A stretch of DNA of 64,000 nt, taken from Dimorphilus gyrociliatus (taxonomy: Eukaryota; Animalia; Annelida). Position numbers and translations under genes: made by a program. A model generated the notes under the pieces. The model was not told the DNA's origin and ran no database searches. It saw nothing but the letters and a program-made list of their open reading frames with translations. This document shows positions 1-12,204 of this stretch, piece after piece. Location: contig CAJFCJ010000005.1 of the NCBI GenBank assembly GCA_904063045.1, forward strand, positions 2,396,088 through 2,460,087, in the 5' to 3' direction. The first letter of the stretch is position 1. Every line of letters starts with the position of its first letter.

Positions 1-1175
1 CTTGTAAGAAATTTCTTGAATTTAAAGAGAATTTAGAAACTACATTAAAACATAAAAGTTTTAATCAACAAATTAATGAAGAGATTAAAAAATATCAATT
101 AATTCTTGGGGAATCGATAAAGAAATTTGAAAATATTAATTGTGAATGTAAAGAGGAGAATAGTGAACATTCACGAAAAGAATTGCAAGACTTTTACGGT
201 AAGATACTTAAGGATTTGGAAAGTTTACGTTTGAGATACGAAAGTGTTGAAAACATATTTCAACAGTCAAAAAACGAGCTTTTGAGGAAGGAGTATAACA
301 CTTTGAAAAATCAATACATTATCGACTTTTACAATACAGTAAGAAATGAAACGAAAGTAGAATTCACTACGGCTAAGGAAGGTCCTTGTAAAACGGTATT
401 AATCACAAACAATCAATCAGCTTATGAATATTCATTCGATATTTGCGATAGTCATACTCTATTCGGAGGTGAAGGTTGCTTTCAAGTATTAACTAATACA
501 GCACTTTACAAAATAAGAGATGGACAATACGACAGACACGAAACAACGAATTTTGTATCTGTTGATAAAGGGGAAAATAATATTCTTTATGCTTTGAATA
601 CAAAATGCAAACCATACAATTTTCCGATTTTTTATGAATGGGATGATGAAGAGAAAATATTCAAAGAAATGGCGACAAACTTTCTTTTAAACAGGTATTC
701 AGCACCAACTGCTACAGTTTTTGTACAAAATGAGCACGTGATACTGTTCGACAACCGTCTGAAAAATTTTAAAAGGGCAGAGTACTTTTGGACTGTCCTA
801 GATTGTAAAGACAAGAAAGTGAGAGACGGTCTAATTTATGTATTGAGAGACGAAGTAGACCTTCAATTTTACAGTTTAAATGCTATAGACGATCTGTTAG
901 GTGAAATTGTTCAAGTTCAAATTATAGATCGACAAACGTCAGTACTGGACGATATAATTAATCCAATAAGAAATGGTAGCCTACTAATGAGAAATTATCA
1001 ATACATTTTCATAATTGATCATCAAAAGAAAGTGGCTACAGCATTTCCCCATGATAAAATCTTTAAAGAAGGTGAAATAAGAGATTATTATTTCACTGAA
1101 AATCAATTCAATTTCTGCATTTTAAAGTCGTTTTACCCAAAATGGGAATATTTGGTGAAAATGTTTCCAAATTAA
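1..1175 (+). CDS. TRIM-NHL-like family member (coiled coil + propeller-like domain), 5' end outside window
   Basis: Frame is open from base 3 (CKKFLEFKENLETTLK...). Heptad-rich N half. C-terminal family signature SVLDDIINPIRNGSLLMRNYQYIFIIDHQKKVATAFPHDKIFKEGEIRDYYFT matches the RING-type members. Confidence 0.8.
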   Translation, partial: CKKFLEFKENLETTLKHKSFNQQINEEIKKYQLILGESIKKFENINCECKEENSEHSRKELQDFYGKILKDLESLRLRYESVENIFQQSKNELLRKEYNTLKNQYIIDFYNTVRNETKVEFTTAKEGPCKTVLITNNQSAYEYSFDICDSHTLFGGEGCFQVLTNTALYKIRDGQYDRHETTNFVSVDKGENNILYALNTKCKPYNFPIFYEWDDEEKIFKEMATNFLLNRYSAPTATVFVQNEHVILFDNRLKNFKRAEYFWTVLDCKDKKVRDGLIYVLRDEVDLQFYSLNAIDDLLGEIVQVQIIDRQTSVLDDIINPIRNGSLLMRNYQYIFIIDHQKKVATAFPHDKIFKEGEIRDYYFTENQFNFCILKSFYPKWEYLVKMFPN

Positions 1176-1289
1176 TTATCAAAATCAATATATTCTCTCT
1201 TCTATTTGTTTTTGGATAAGAAATTCTCCCTCACCCCTTTCTTTCTCTTCACTTCTTCACTTAAACAATACATTGTTTTCATATGAAAT

Positions 1290-1357
1290 ATCTATATGTA
1301 TATATATATATATATATATTGTCTACTGTTTATATATACAGTATATATATATATATA
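1290..1357. repeat. (TA)n microsatellite, interrupted
   Basis: Direct TA runs, one interrupted by CAG. Confidence 0.85.
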
Positions 1358-1602
1358 AATGATGCAATACATAATTATCTATACATATATTTAAGCTTGA
1401 AATTTAGTTAATCATCTAAAGAAAGAATGACTGAGTAGTATTTTTTATTTAAAGAACACAACTCTTAATTAACACAAAAAAATTAATTGGCCAGGACATA
1501 AGTAATAATCACTTGAAAAGAAGATTGTAAACAGTTCAAGTTTTATTATTAGAGTATTTATATTTTATAATAACGATAAATATATGTATATATAAAAAAA
1601 TT

Positions 1603-3060
1603 ATGGATTGTCCTAGTTGTCGACGAGATATGGCATTTTTAGATGACTGCCGACTGTTACCCTGTAGGGTATCTTGTATTTTATGTTCAGCTTGTTTAAA
1701 GGATCACGTTGAAAGGAGTCAAGTAAAAGTTAATGATAATTTTTCATGTCCACTTTGTAAAGGACAATTAAAATGGACTCATAATGGATTGAAATCGTTT
1801 AAAAAGATTATTATCGATAAGTCGAGTAGCGTTAACCTACAACAATTAATCTTTGGCGAAAAGAGGAGGATTATGGAGAAGAAAACGCAAGAGATTGATA
1901 AGATAAGAAGAAGAGCTTTTCAATTAAACGCTCTAATTGCTAAAAGGCAAATTTATCTTATTCAAGAGATAAATAGTTTATATAATAAAAAGATGGCTGA
2001 ATGCGAAAGAGGAATTGGCCTTTACGAAAAGAACATGAATCTATCTAGTAGGAAAATGGGTAATGATGATTCTAGTCTTGTTCTTTCAATTGTTTACGAT
2101 TACGAGAAAAATGGTAATAAACTACCCGAATTCTTTCCGGATCATTGCAATTTATCTTTGGGTAAAATTCAAGAATTTGACGAGGAGAAACCAGTTTATT
2201 CAAAATTTACTGAACTAATTAGGCCTATTGAAATTTTAACTAGTAACGATTGTTGTTATTTAAAGACAAATTTGAATATATTAAAAGTATCTAATACCAT
2301 AGAAATTGAATTTCCAAGTATAATTGTTAAATATCCGGTAAGTGTTTTTATAGTTTTATTATTATTCATGTTATATAATTAATAATTGACCTAAAATGAT
2401 AATTAATTAATAAATTAGGTTATTTTCGATGGTCTTGGAATTACTGATATAAATGTTTCGAAAGATAAAACTCTTTATGGTCTAAAATATGATAATTATA
2501 AGAATTTTCAAATTTTTCGCTGGAGGAAAAGGGATGGACACGTTGAAAAGTGTAATTATGATATTTGCCAAAATTTAGCATCTTCTAATGATAATGACGT
2601 CATAAGCTTTCTAGCTAAAGACGATCTAATTGTTCACGATGTTAACTTGAAACAAGTTTCTATAAAAAGAAATTTCTATTCGTCTAATTTTCGCCCATTA
2701 ACAATTTTTAGAGATGGTTTTCTGTTTGTTTTACAAACAAGCCTTAATTTCGTCTGTTATAAAGTGAGCAATGTCAACGGTAAATTATTTTTAGATGGAA
2801 TTGTTGAAACAACAATTATGGATGGAAAATATTCAATTAGGAAAGATATAATTAACGAAATAAAAAGAGGTTGCCTTTTAGTTACGAATGATAAGTTTGT
2901 CTTTTTAATCGATCCAAGAATTAGGGAGGCAAAAGCCTATTTACAACAAAATAACTACGAATCTGGTACATTGAAAGGTTATTATACGAAAATTGATGAG
3001 ATACATTTCTATTTCTGGAAGACCAATAGTCTATCCAAAACGGAATGCTACTACTTTTGA
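1603..3060 (+). CDS. RING-coiled coil-propeller (B-box-less TRIM-like) E3 ligase, 2 exons
   Basis: RING CPSC..LPCRVSCILCSAC..CPLC. Phase-0 intron 2338-2418 (CCG|GTAAGT...AATTAG|GTT) joins ORF 1603 to the frame of ORF 2647. The C-terminal family motif IINEIKRGCLLVTNDKFVFLID is present. Confidence 0.85.
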
Positions 3061-3454
3061 TTAATGATATTATAATAATCGTATATTATGTAAATATATA
3101 AGTCAAGTATTTATTAAATAGGTAATAATGATTTTTTATTATATTAATTATTAATGATGTTAAAATTACACAATTAAAAAAAAGAATAAATTAAATTTGT
3201 CCTATCTATTTTGATACTTAGTGATATCCTTTAATTAGAACAGTCAATTAGTAGTTACTTTACTCATGATCCTTCATTGAAATCTGTTAAAATATTATTG
3301 AGTACTAAACGAATAAAGTTTACTTGTTAAATATTATAATATGGATAAAGATAATCTTATTCGTTCAATCTCTTTCCTTTACTAGACAAAGTTCTACGTT
3401 GTTTTCACTCGGTAAAAATTTTATTCAGAATGGAAAAAAAACGTCACGTAAATA

Positions 3455-4759
3455 TTAATAATTTCTATTTTCCAATCGGGGATAATGTTGAAAATATAAC
3501 TTTTTAGGATTTTCATTATCCGATAGACAGAATATTATTTCATCATCTGTTAATTGATATTCCAATAACCTTTTCCCGGGGAATATCTTTTCATTTTCAA
3601 TTGATATAGCTTCTTGAAATTTAATGTTAAATATAATAATTTTCTCATTATCAGGTAGGATTCTATGACCATCGTTCAACTTGTTAATTACGTTCTCGTA
3701 CATTGAATAGTTTTCTTTATTAGATTTTTCAATATTTATAATTATTGAATCGATTTGATGATCAGAAAAGTATTCTATATAGTTTTCGTACTCGACGCAT
3801 AAACCATCCATATAGGCTTTGTGGGCAATAACTGCTAATTGTTCATCTTTAGCGTTTCTACCATTCGATACTGTTTCTTTTAAAGATGGTTTCTTAAAAT
3901 AGTAAGTCTTTCCAACATCCGTTGTGAGTATGATGTTATGTTTAAATACTCCAAACATAACTTTAGATTTGAGAACTTTTCTTTGTAAAAGGCATTTTAT
4001 AATACCAACGAAATTATCTAAATTAATGATTTTACAATAGAATTTTGAATCATTATAAGTTATATAAGATAGATGATTATCGTAGGTTGATGCTATATCT
4101 AATATTGATCCTTTCTTCCATATCATACCTTTACCAGTTTTAAGATAATAGATTTGACGATTATCTTGTAATGTTATAAAGCCTTCCTTTGTAGAGATTA
4201 CTTTTATTGGTTCTGATTTTAGTTCCATTGTAGATTGTTTTATAGGTTTCTCGTATATAGGCCTAGTAAGCGTTCCAATAGTTTTAGCTTTAAAGCTACA
4301 ATCTTCTGTAAAAGTACCAGTTTTATTAAAAAGATTTTCGGTTGTATATATTAATTCTTTAGTCATTTTCTGTACATTTCGATAAAGGACTGGATTTGAA
4401 AGATTTCTCTTGAAATCCTTTAATTGAATTGTATCTGTAAGAGCTTGCTTTAAATTTGATTTCTTTTCGTCAAAAAATACATCAATCTCATCGGCTAACC
4501 TTCCCCTTTGCCTGTGAATTGAACTTATTAACTCTTTTACAAAGTCGTCAAGTACTTTCTTTTGTTTTATACAATCGTCATTAATCTTTACTATTTCCGT
4601 TTCAATAGTATCGTCAAAAGACATAAGTTTCTTTTGTAGTGTTTCGTCTTCACTTTCAAACTGTTTATCTTCAAGATTTATATGATTTTCCAACGAGATT
4701 TTCGTTTGTTTACTACGTTGATCATTTGTTAATTTTGTTGTGTTATTGACTGCCAACAT
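3455..4759 (-). CDS. RING-less TRIM-NHL-like protein (CC + propeller-like)
   Basis: Intact 434 aa ORF with coiled coil, ILDIASTYDNHLSYI, MFGVFKHNIIL and KIFPGKRLLEYQLT motifs shared with tandem paralogs. Confidence 0.85.
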   Translation of the reverse strand: MLAVNNTTKLTNDQRSKQTKISLENHINLEDKQFESEDETLQKKLMSFDDTIETEIVKINDDCIKQKKVLDDFVKELISSIHRQRGRLADEIDVFFDEKKSNLKQALTDTIQLKDFKRNLSNPVLYRNVQKMTKELIYTTENLFNKTGTFTEDCSFKAKTIGTLTRPIYEKPIKQSTMELKSEPIKVISTKEGFITLQDNRQIYYLKTGKGMIWKKGSILDIASTYDNHLSYITYNDSKFYCKIINLDNFVGIIKCLLQRKVLKSKVMFGVFKHNIILTTDVGKTYYFKKPSLKETVSNGRNAKDEQLAVIAHKAYMDGLCVEYENYIEYFSDHQIDSIIINIEKSNKENYSMYENVINKLNDGHRILPDNEKIIIFNIKFQEAISIENEKIFPGKRLLEYQLTDDEIIFCLSDNENPKKLYFQHYPRLENRNY

Positions 4760-5130
4760 ATTTACTTTCTTTATTCTAAATTGTTAACTTGATATAGCTG
4801 TTTTCTATTTGATAAAATGAACATTATTTAATAAGGAATTAAGTGTTTTATACGAATAAAACATACCTTCTTAGTAAAAGATGATACCGTTATTTCAAAT
4901 TTAAGACGGGAAAAAATTCCATTCTAATTTAATATGATGTCCATAAATATAACGATAAATTAATTAATTAATTAATTAATTAGTTACCCAATTAGCAAAA
5001 AACTTTTATTCTATATAAAAACAAATAGCTAACTAAGGCAAAACTAAGTATTTTTTATAAAAAAAAAAGAAACAGGGAAATAACAACTAATTTCTATTGG
5101 CTAAAGTAAATCATAAACGATAAATGAGGT

Positions 5131-6364
5131 CTATTTGTAAAGATGGGGAAAAGATTGAATATACAACTTTTTTGAATTAGCCCTATCCATTAAACAGAAT
5201 ATAATATTTTCGCTTGTCACCTTATAATCTATTAATGATTTGTTTTTGAACATGTAATCTTGTTGAATATAATAAGTCGACTCTTTAGAAAATAGAATAA
5301 GCTTATCGTCGTGACCGATAATCTTGTATCCTTCCAATATCTTATTCATTATATTACTGTACATCGAATGGCCATTTATCGAACAACTAACAGCTTTTCT
5401 TTTATAGCTCCTCTTAAAATCAGAATCATAGCAAATAACTGAAGAATTATAAATATAATAGAGTCCATTGTTGAAGACTTTATAAGTAAAGTTGCGGTTC
5501 ATCTTATGAAGTTTATTACTCCATGTTTCACAGCATAAAGTTTTTCTTTCAATAATAAATGTTTCCTTCGAATTGCAACTTCTAATGATGATATTATCTC
5601 TAAAAACTCCAAACATAACAGTTAAAGGATCAATCTTACATTTTGGAAGTCGTACTTCTTCTGTCTGTCTATATTCAAGATTGATTTCTTTGCAGTAAAA
5701 TCTACCTTCTCTGTACTGAATATACGCAAGATTATCTTCGTATGTTGAGTATATATCGAGAATTTCATCTTTTTCAGAGATAAGACACTTTTTTGTTTTT
5801 ACTTCAATAATCTCACAACCATTTTGCAGTGCTAGAAATCCTATCTTTGTAGCGATAACCCTTGTAATTGGTTTAGATAATTCGATTAATTCTTCTTTAA
5901 ATGGAACTTCAAAAATTGGTTTGATTATACCGCCAATGTTCTTGGTTTGGGCAAACTCTGACATAGAATAGATAGCGACCTTATTTAATAGATTCTTTGT
6001 TGAATATATAAAGTTTTTCTTCATTTTTTCCATATTTTGACAAATGATTGGATTTGTTGAATTTTCATGAAGATCTTGCAACCGTTTCACATCGGAAAGC
6101 GCTTGTTGTAAAGAAAATTTTTTTTCAGAGTAAAATAAATCCATTTCATCCAAGATATTCTCCTTTTGCTCTTTAATTGACACAATTAATTCATTAACCG
6201 TTTCGTCAAGTATTCTTTCTTGTTTTATTCTTTCTTGTTCATCGCCAATTCTATTAGTCATTTCTTTAATAAGATCACCAAATGAACCTGCATTATCTAT
6301 GATTTATAATTTCTTCAGATTCTTGTAAAATGTTTTCAGGAATTTCCATCTTGACTTCTGTCAT
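5131..6364 (-). CDS. RING-less TRIM-NHL-like protein with an apparent +1 frameshift near the N-terminus
   Basis: 376 aa ORF 5131-6261 with the family motifs. Upstream ATG at 6364 (MTEVKMEIPENILQESEEIIN) is out of frame by one base near 6300. Confidence 0.75.
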
Positions 6365-6787
6365 TTTTCTATTCTAGCCGACAAATAGAAAGAGTTTCTA
6401 CAGTATATATGAATAATAATTTAGGATGTCCCTACCTTGAGATATTGGGGATGAGCCTCGTTATGCACAATCGAAAACCGTTTTAATATATTTCAATGTC
6501 TCTTTACTACTTCGAATTAATTAAGTAGTTTTCAATATTTTCTATATTACATATTAATACTTAATATACTTTCAAAGTATCTTTAATATTTAGTTATAAT
6601 TAGGATTATATTAAATAATTAAGGATATTTATAATTATTCTATTAAAGACGATAATAGGGGTAATTCCAATATAGTTTTGGCCAAACTGTTGAAAGAAAA
6701 TGCGATGAAAATATTTATTATTTAAAAACACCAAATGATTTGTTATAGAATGTAAAGAGGGAAAAACGAATTGAATAGAGCGTCTAA

Positions 6788-8086
6788 TTAAAAATTCTCA
6801 TCTTTCAATACAGGATAATACTGAATTGTTATCATTTTTGGATTTTCTATATCCAAAAGACAAAATACAATATGAGAATTTGTTAATTGATATTCAAGTA
6901 ATCTTTTGCCAGGGAAGATTTTCTCGTGTTCAATTAAGTATCCTTCGCCAGATTTAACGTTAAATAGTACAAAATCTTTTTCACTGCAGAAGATTTGTTC
7001 ACCTTCAATTAGCTTATCAATTATATTATCGTATAGGGAGAAATCTTGAATAGTAGAAGTTTTAATATTCAAGAATATTTTATCAGCATTAAAGTCGCTA
7101 AAATATTCCAATTCATCTCCAAAATCAATACATAAACCTTTCTTAAATGCTTTATGACTAATTGGTTTCTTTTTTGAAGTTTTATCCTCAATTTCTGATA
7201 CTTCGAGATTAGTTCTATGATAGAAATGAGTTTTACCATTATCCGAACTAATTATAATATTTTTCTTATAAACTCCAAACATAATTGAAGATAAATTATT
7301 AAACGGATATGAGAAACTTCTCATAATCCATTCATCATTTTCCAAGTTTAACGTTTTACAATAGAATTTTGAATCAACATAAACAATGTATGATAATCGA
7401 TTATCAAATGTTGAACAAATATCTAATATATCATTCTTCTCCGAAACTACAGTATGGCCATAATTCAATTCAATAATTTTATTATTCGATTGCCATGCGA
7501 GAAATCCTTTTTTAGTTGCAATAACCTTCTTTAATTGTGAATTTAATAATATTATATGTTCTTTAATAGGTTTTTCGTAAATGGGCGTCTTTAATTTTCC
7601 AATATTATTTTCGTATTTATAATTTTCTTTTAATTCAAAATATTTCATTTTATTTATAATATTTTCAGTTGCGTACATTAATTCTTTGGCCATCTTTTTT
7701 AAATTTCTTTGAACTATTGGATTTTGTGAATTTCTATTAAAATCTTCAAGGCGTTGTGTGTCTGATAAAGCTCGTTTTAAATTTGATTTCTTATCAGCGT
7801 AGAATAATTCAATTTCATCTTTAATTGTTTCTTGTTGTTTATGGAGTGAAGCTATATATTTAGTAACTGCTTTATCAATTATATTCTTTTGCTTTTCGCA
7901 TTCATTGTCAGTGTTGTTGATCTCTTTTTCGATAATCTTATTAAATGATATTAGCCTATCTTGTAAAGACTCGTTTTCTATATTGAACACTTTCATTTCT
8001 TTACTATTTTGATTATTTATCTTTATTGTTTCCGGTGATAAATTGAAATATTCATCAGAAGGTATATTTTCTGCGGTACCGCTCAT
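6788..8086 (-). CDS. RING-less TRIM-NHL-like protein
   Basis: Intact 432 aa ORF and closest paralog of 3455-4759 (shared KIFPGKRLLEYQLT, ADKKSNLK.AL.DT). Confidence 0.85.
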   Translation of the reverse strand: MSGTAENIPSDEYFNLSPETIKINNQNSKEMKVFNIENESLQDRLISFNKIIEKEINNTDNECEKQKNIIDKAVTKYIASLHKQQETIKDEIELFYADKKSNLKRALSDTQRLEDFNRNSQNPIVQRNLKKMAKELMYATENIINKMKYFELKENYKYENNIGKLKTPIYEKPIKEHIILLNSQLKKVIATKKGFLAWQSNNKIIELNYGHTVVSEKNDILDICSTFDNRLSYIVYVDSKFYCKTLNLENDEWIMRSFSYPFNNLSSIMFGVYKKNIIISSDNGKTHFYHRTNLEVSEIEDKTSKKKPISHKAFKKGLCIDFGDELEYFSDFNADKIFLNIKTSTIQDFSLYDNIIDKLIEGEQIFCSEKDFVLFNVKSGEGYLIEHEKIFPGKRLLEYQLTNSHIVFCLLDIENPKMITIQYYPVLKDENF

Positions 8087-8685
8087 CTAAATGAAATATA
8101 ATACTTATAAATCAATATATCAATTTTTAAAAGTAGCTAAATAAAATAGTTTATAATATAATATGTGAATGATTATATTTACGAATCAATTATCTATAAA
8201 ATTACTAATTAATGCAGTCTTTTTACTGTTAAATATACCTTTTATTCTTTTACTTGAAAGTCTTTGAGTAAAGAGAAATTAAAACTCTATACCTATATAT
8301 AAACGTATATTGTTCCAATTGTAATTATTTACAGTGTCCAGTCATTTAAAAATTTGTCAACAAAACTTTTTAGACAGTTCAACCAAGTCCTTTATTTTTT
8401 TTTTATTTAGATAATTAACTAGAAATTAAAAAACAAAATCTATTTTTGTAAACTTTTGGAATAACAAAAATAGCTAAATATGATACTCTCTTAATTCAAT
8501 AACGTTTAAGAATCGTAATAGTGTACTATTTATAGAATATATGACGGTCATGTGATGAGAATATAATTTTATTAAAATCAAATTACTAAATGTAAGCGTG
8601 GTATACGGTTCGATATAAGTTCGTAATGACTAATAAAGTAGAAGAGGAGGAGGATAAGTAGAAAGCTTCCGATTGAAAAATATGT

Positions 8686-9935
8686 CTATGCTAAATTCAA
8701 ATAACGATCAATAGTTATATTTTTCGATTTATCCTTGTCAGTTAAACAAAACATTACCATCTCTCCTTCAATTCGATACTCTAACAAAATTTTACCATTG
8801 AAATAAGCGTCATTATCTAAAGAGAATCCAACTTTTTTGCCAAAATGAACAAGAAAATGTTGATTTCGTATCGAAAAAATTTCATATCCTTCGTTTAATT
8901 TCGATATTATCTCGTTAGATACCGATGGATATTCCTTTACAATAGGAACAATTCTAATAAGGTAGGTAAACTTCGCTTCGGAGCTATAATACTCAATAAA
9001 TGATCCAAGTATCCTGCATAAACCGTGAGGAAAGGTTTTATAATTATCCTTTGAATATTGAAATAGATCATTACGATCATCTTTCAAATAGCTCATTGGT
9101 CTATAGTTGGATTTTTTGAAGAGACATTCGTCAAATGAATTCTCATTCTTTAATAAGATAGAATCTTTGAAAACGCAAAATATCGCCATAGAAGGACAAC
9201 TATCACGTTCCACTAAAGGAATTCCTTTTCTTTGTCTTATTCTTTCATTTATATAATCTCCTTCCAGAACTACTTCTTTATAATAAAATACACCTTTTAT
9301 ATATTGGATATATGCCAAATCTCTATTGTACGTTGGGCAAATATCAAGAATTTCGTTATCATCTTCCACTAAAAGTGCTTCGGAAAATAACGCGTATACC
9401 CTCGATCTACCTAAAAGCACCAGAAATCCTACCTTTGTATCAATAATCTTTCTTGGTTTTACCACGAGTTGAAACGATAATTCAGAAATTGGTCTTTCAA
9501 AAGTATGCTCAACAATCTTTACCTTATCTAATTCACTTAAAAATGAATATTTATCATAAATCTCAGCTTTATGCATTTCATTTATACACGATTCAAGATA
9601 ATCTTTAATATTCAATCTAAATGAGTCACGACTATAGGTATCCTCCATATTTTTCGTCGTCTCTAGTAGATCTTTGATAACATTTTTCGTTTGTTTCAAT
9701 TCAGATTTGTTCTTTTCATAAATTACATCTATTTCGGAAACAAAACGATTTCTCTTACGATAAAGTGCTACAACGTGCTTTTTAATCGATCTGTCGAGTG
9801 ATTCAATTCGTTTTTCACGATTAATTTTCAATCTCTTAAATTGTTGTTGAATCATTTTTTCAAAAGACTTAAGAAGAGAAATTGTTGATTATGAGAAATT
9901 TATTAAAATTAACATATTCTTACCTTTAAATCCAT
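8686..9935 (-). CDS. RING-less TRIM-NHL-like protein, 2 exons
   Basis: 389 aa ORF plus a probable 12-nt first exon (MDLK, 9935-9924) and a 56-nt intron 9923-9868 (AAG|GTAAGA...CTTAAG|TCT). This gives SFEKMIQQQ, like the paralog SF..II..EI motif. Confidence 0.75.
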
Positions 9936-10012
9936 TGATAATTGTTTGTCGATAACAAGATTATATGAAGTTCGACTTTGATAGGGATTAAATTACTCAG
10001 TGTTTAACAGTG

Positions 10013-10040
10013 TCTCTCTCTCTCTCTCTCTTTCTCACTC
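10013..10040. repeat. (CT)n microsatellite
   Basis: Direct CT run. Confidence 0.85.
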
Positions 10041-10231
10041 TCTGACTATCTCTGCCTCCAACTCTTACGTACTCTCTACTATCTAATTGAATTTAGTTAG
10101 GTTGTCAATTAAAAATAGATTTATAAGACCTAATTCGTAAATTAGAGATGTTTTTGTCCTAAATTCCTGCAACTATTAAATGAAAAACAGGTTGTTGTAT
10201 ATATTAATATATAAGTATATATATATATATA

Positions 10232-10423
10232 TGTAGTCGACGAGTACTGTATTGTTTCAAAGCGTCTAGTTTTAAAGTCTATACTGGTAAATAGCAGTAA
10301 TTATGAGTAATACACGTACACAAAGAAATGATAACGGGTAAAAGTCAGTTGGTTTTAAAATTATATAAGCGTAACGATAATTTGGCTCGCTGACAAATTT
10401 AGGCGATGTACTCATCGACTACA
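10232..10423 (-). repeat. 3' LTR of the BEL/Pao element
   Basis: 10261-10423 aligns with 12041-12204 with about 12 mismatches and 1 indel by eye. Ends are TGTAGTCGACGAGTAC and GTACTCATCGACTACA. Confidence 0.85.
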
Positions 10424-11943
10424 CTGGCCGGGGGAAGAGGAAAAGAGAGAGGCTCTTTTGGTAGGTAGGGGATTATATCTCTAACGTCTCTCTCTATATT
10501 ACTGTGACCAGTGTAGATCTCGAAGGTGCGGTCTGTGATTTGTTGATTTACCAGACGCTGGAATTTGTACTGTTGTCTCATATACGGTCATTCTTTTTTA
10601 CTTTTCCTTTAATTGATTATAGTTGATGGCAGATGTCGTTTTCGGGATCATTGCCTCTTTATGATATAACGTCGTGTGATGAGCTTGGCTGCATTTTTTG
10701 CAATTGAATTTTGACGGACATTTTTCACTGGTATGCCCGCCTCGTAGGCAGTTCTGGCATCTGTGGAACCTTTGAACCATCCTCTGTCTTCCTTTCAGAT
10801 CAAAATTGATGTAAATCGGGCAATAGGCCAAACATACGTGATTTTCATAACACAGACATCTGTATTCTTTGCTCGAAGCTTGAGTCTTCGCCTTATTTTT
10901 CAGTTCGACGTGTGCCAAGGGTCTATCATCCGGGAAGGGGGGCTCTGCCTCGCGAATGTGCTATTGGGTTTGGCCATGTTGGAAGCCACGAGGCTTGTTT
11001 CGTCATCTTGACATACATACGTTCCCTTTTCAATCCCTTCAATGACCTTCGATACATAGTGACCTATCTTTTCTACAAGTGAACCAAAATCGTCCAGATA
11101 TTCATTAGTTAAGATTATAATTTGTAATCGAGCGTCAAAGGGCAGTCTCATTGAGAACTGTTTAAGCTTTTCAAATTGAGGGCGTCCTTCATATTTTGGC
11201 AAATCCAACAATGCAAGAAATATCCTAAATTCAACCCAATCGGCGACATTTTGAGGTTGGAATGGAGCGGTTTTGTCCAAAATTTGTTGTACTATTTTAC
11301 CTTGGTATAGATTGATGTCGCCGTAAACATAATCTTAAGCTTTGACGAAATTTAAGAAGTTTTCTTTACTGTCTCTACTATATGCCATATTGTGATACTC
11401 GTTGCACATTGTCTCCTCTGATGACCATTTATTTAAAATCTGACATTTTTCTAAATCATCTATATTGGCTTCCAACAGTGGGACAATGATGTCGTCGCGG
11501 AAAATCAGAAAGTTGGTACCGTTAAACTTTTCAGTTGGAGTAGGTTCATTGTTTCTTAGTTTCTCGATTCTATGATTGAGTTGTATCAAATGGTTTTCGA
11601 CTTCCTGGTTACGCTTCGAAGTATTTCGAATTTTTGAACTTCAACCATCTTGTTCTTCGACCGTTGGGAAATGTTCCGCTTCTGGATCATCACCAGAATT
11701 CAACGGATTTTCTTTGAAAGAGTTGAGCTTAATGGATTTGAGCAGTTGAAAGAGTTGTTCCAACTTTGTTTCCATCGCAACTCTAATTTGAGCTTTCGAT
11801 TCTTCGAATATTCTTCTCTGTTCCTCCAATTTCTCATCGAGTGTTGCTAAGTCGACCATGTTGGTCTGTTGGATGGTGGTTTCCAGTTGATTTGGAGAGT
11901 TGGCGGATTTAGCGACCATTTTATTTTGTCTTTTCCTAGTCAT
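10424..11943 (-). pseudogene. Broken gag plus integrase-tail remnant
   Basis: Consecutive ORF fragments 11641-11943, 11335-11589, 10900-11280, 10598-10918 and 10399-10581 are separated by stops or frameshifts. Confidence 0.8.
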
Positions 11944-12009
11944 TTCAGTATTGTTATACCTTTACATACTTATAATTACTATAGTCGTTGAGCGGGTTGA
12001 GGACATAAG

Positions 12010-12204
12010 TTGTCGCAACGTTATTGACTTATCAGTACAGCGCGTTTAGTTTTAAAGTCTATACTGGTAATATAGCAGTAAGTATAAGTAATACACATAC
12101 ACAAAGAAATGATAAGGTGTAGAAGTCAGTTGGTTTTACAATTATATAAGCGTAACGATATTTTGGCTCGCTGCCAAATTTAGGCGATGTACTCGTCGAC
12201 TACA
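12010..12204 (-). repeat. 5' LTR of the BEL/Pao element (inner boundary uncertain)
   Basis: Direct repeat of the left LTR. Homology is lost in the last 30-45 nt of the U5 side. A possible degenerate PBS TATGTCCTCAACCCG lies near 11993-12007. Confidence 0.7.

Larger units (their letters stand above)
10232..12204 (-). mobile_element. Internally deleted, non-autonomous BEL/Pao LTR retrotransposon
   Basis: TG...CA ends and two direct repeats. Fragmented gag carries the Pao-type triple Cys-His array (CYENHVCLAYCP..CQNCLRGGHTSEKCPSKFNCKKCSQAHHTTLYH) and is joined directly to an integrase C-terminal-like tail (RTFEIYTGHSNIERDVRDIIPYLP). No RT or RNaseH. Confidence 0.85.
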
